Below are positions 63,037-64,000 of a DNA stretch of 64,000 bases, one piece after another. The stretch is from contig JAHDFA010000001.1 of the NCBI GenBank assembly GCA_020628495.1, forward strand, positions 7,405 to 71,404, read 5' to 3'. The notes beneath the pieces are model-generated. The model was given only the letters and a program-made list of their open reading frames with translations, made no database searches and had not been told where the DNA came from. A program made the position numbers and the translations under genes. Position 1 is the stretch's first letter. Each line of letters opens with the position of its first letter. Origin of the DNA: Hellea sp. (GTDB taxonomy: Bacteria; Pseudomonadota; Alphaproteobacteria; Caulobacterales; Maricaulaceae).

Positions 63037-63461
63037 GAATTATTCAATTCATCGCGCAACTGAATCATGCGCAGGCAAGCGGATGCCGCAAAGCCGCCTT
63101 TGTCTTTTTGATCCGGCTTAGACCGCGCAATGGCCTGCGCCTCATTTTCAACGGTGATGATACCGTTTCCAATCGCGAGTTGATGATCAACGGCAAGATC
63201 CATCAAAGCGCCCGCAGACTCTTCGCAAACATAATCATAGTGAGTTGTTTCTCCGCGAATGACGCAGCCCAATGCGACATAACCATCATAGCCTGCGCCT
63301 GCTTTTTCAGCGTAAGAAATGATGTGGGGAATTTCGAGCGCGCCCGGGACATTGACCTTCACGACCTCAGCACCTGCGGCTTGGAGCTTAGCTAAGGCGC
63401 CTTGTAATAAATCTTCAGAAATAGACTCATAATACCGAGCCTCGATAACTAGAATTTTCAT
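63033..63461 (-). CDS. ribH: Lumazine synthase
   Basis: VPGALEIP, LGCVIRGETTHY, GNGIIT, DKG. Confidence 0.95.
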   Translation of the reverse strand: MKILVIEARYYESISEDLLQGALAKLQAAGAEVVKVNVPGALEIPHIISYAEKAGAGYDGYVALGCVIRGETTHYDYVCEESAGALMDLAVDHQLAIGNGIITVENEAQAIARSKPDQKDKGGFAASACLRMIQLRDELNNS

Positions 63462-63462
63462 A

Positions 63463-64000
63463 TTAAGTCCGTGTATTCTGAAGCGGGGTAATACCGTCTA
63501 ATTCGAGATCATAAGCTTCAAGGCCGATAATCTTTGGCATGACATTAGTGATAAGCGTCATTTTGCGAACGCCTTGATGGGAAAGGATTTGCGCCCCAAC
63601 ACCATATTCGCGAATGGTTTGCTCTTTACGGTTCACCGTCGATTTATGCGCGCCAAGACGTTCCAAGAGGCTATCGATAGAGCCTTCGCGGATCAGGACT
63701 AGAACAGAGTGACCATCATGCGTCGCGAGCTGTTTCATGGCATCCCAAATCAAACCTGAACGCGGACTTTCCTCAGAGAGAATATCACCCGCAAAATCAA
63801 TTTTGTGGACTCGAACAAGACTAGGTTTTCCCTCCTCGGACTCGCCTTTGGACAGAGCAACGTGTTCTTTATTATCCAAAAAATTGCGATAGACGTGGAT
63901 TTTAAACTCGTCGCCATTTTGGCTGCGGAAGTCACTGCTGGCGATATGCCGGACGAAGTGATCCTTCTGCATGCGGTGCGCGACGAGATCTTCAATTGTC
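63463..64000 (-). CDS. ribB: DHBP synthase fused to a degenerate GTP cyclohydrolase II-like domain (RibBX type), 5' end outside the window
   Basis: Frame stays open to the window edge (TIEDLVAHR, end of the RibB domain), then EHVAL, LVRVH, REYGVGAQIL; zinc cysteines absent. Confidence 0.85.
   Translation of the reverse strand, partial: TIEDLVAHRMQKDHFVRHIASSDFRSQNGDEFKIHVYRNFLDNKEHVALSKGESEEGKPSLVRVHKIDFAGDILSEESPRSGLIWDAMKQLATHDGHSVLVLIREGSIDSLLERLGAHKSTVNRKEQTIREYGVGAQILSHQGVRKMTLITNVMPKIIGLEAYDLELDGITPLQNTRT

Overview
A mostly core-genome chromosomal segment of an alphaproteobacterium. Gene order and protein style suggest a marine Caulobacterales/Maricaulales-type organism (inference). 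Housekeeping blocks: parC(partial)-recO-era-rnc-lepB-acpS-pdxJ-pyrE-spoT-rpoZ-folK; NYN-udgB; smpB-dapA; slt; guaA-rsmB-guaB-rlmE-ppx; tkt; cysK-metC; recJ; argC-rpsI-rplM; ctaA; merR-ihfA-fabH-plsX; bamE; thiL-nusB-ribH-ribB(partial). Four tRNAs are present (Arg-TCT, Pro-TGG, Glu-TTC, Pro-GGG). I saw no rRNA, CRISPR array, transposase or integrase. Most notable: (1) a FAN1-like VRR-NUC nuclease fused to a DnaQ-like DEDDh exonuclease behind a perfect alphaproteobacterial LexA box (GTTC-N7-GTTC); (2) a tightly coupled crtE-ABC ATPase-ABC permease-crtW-crtZ ketocarotenoid operon with an exporter embedded in it; (3) an integrase-free one-gene islet bounded by an exact 21-bp duplication of the recO 3' end; (4) a decaying secreted-protein locus downstream of guaA; (5) a partnerless HerA-like ATPase and an SPFH lipoprotein module among tRNA genes. 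All calls come from reading motifs by eye; no database searches were run.
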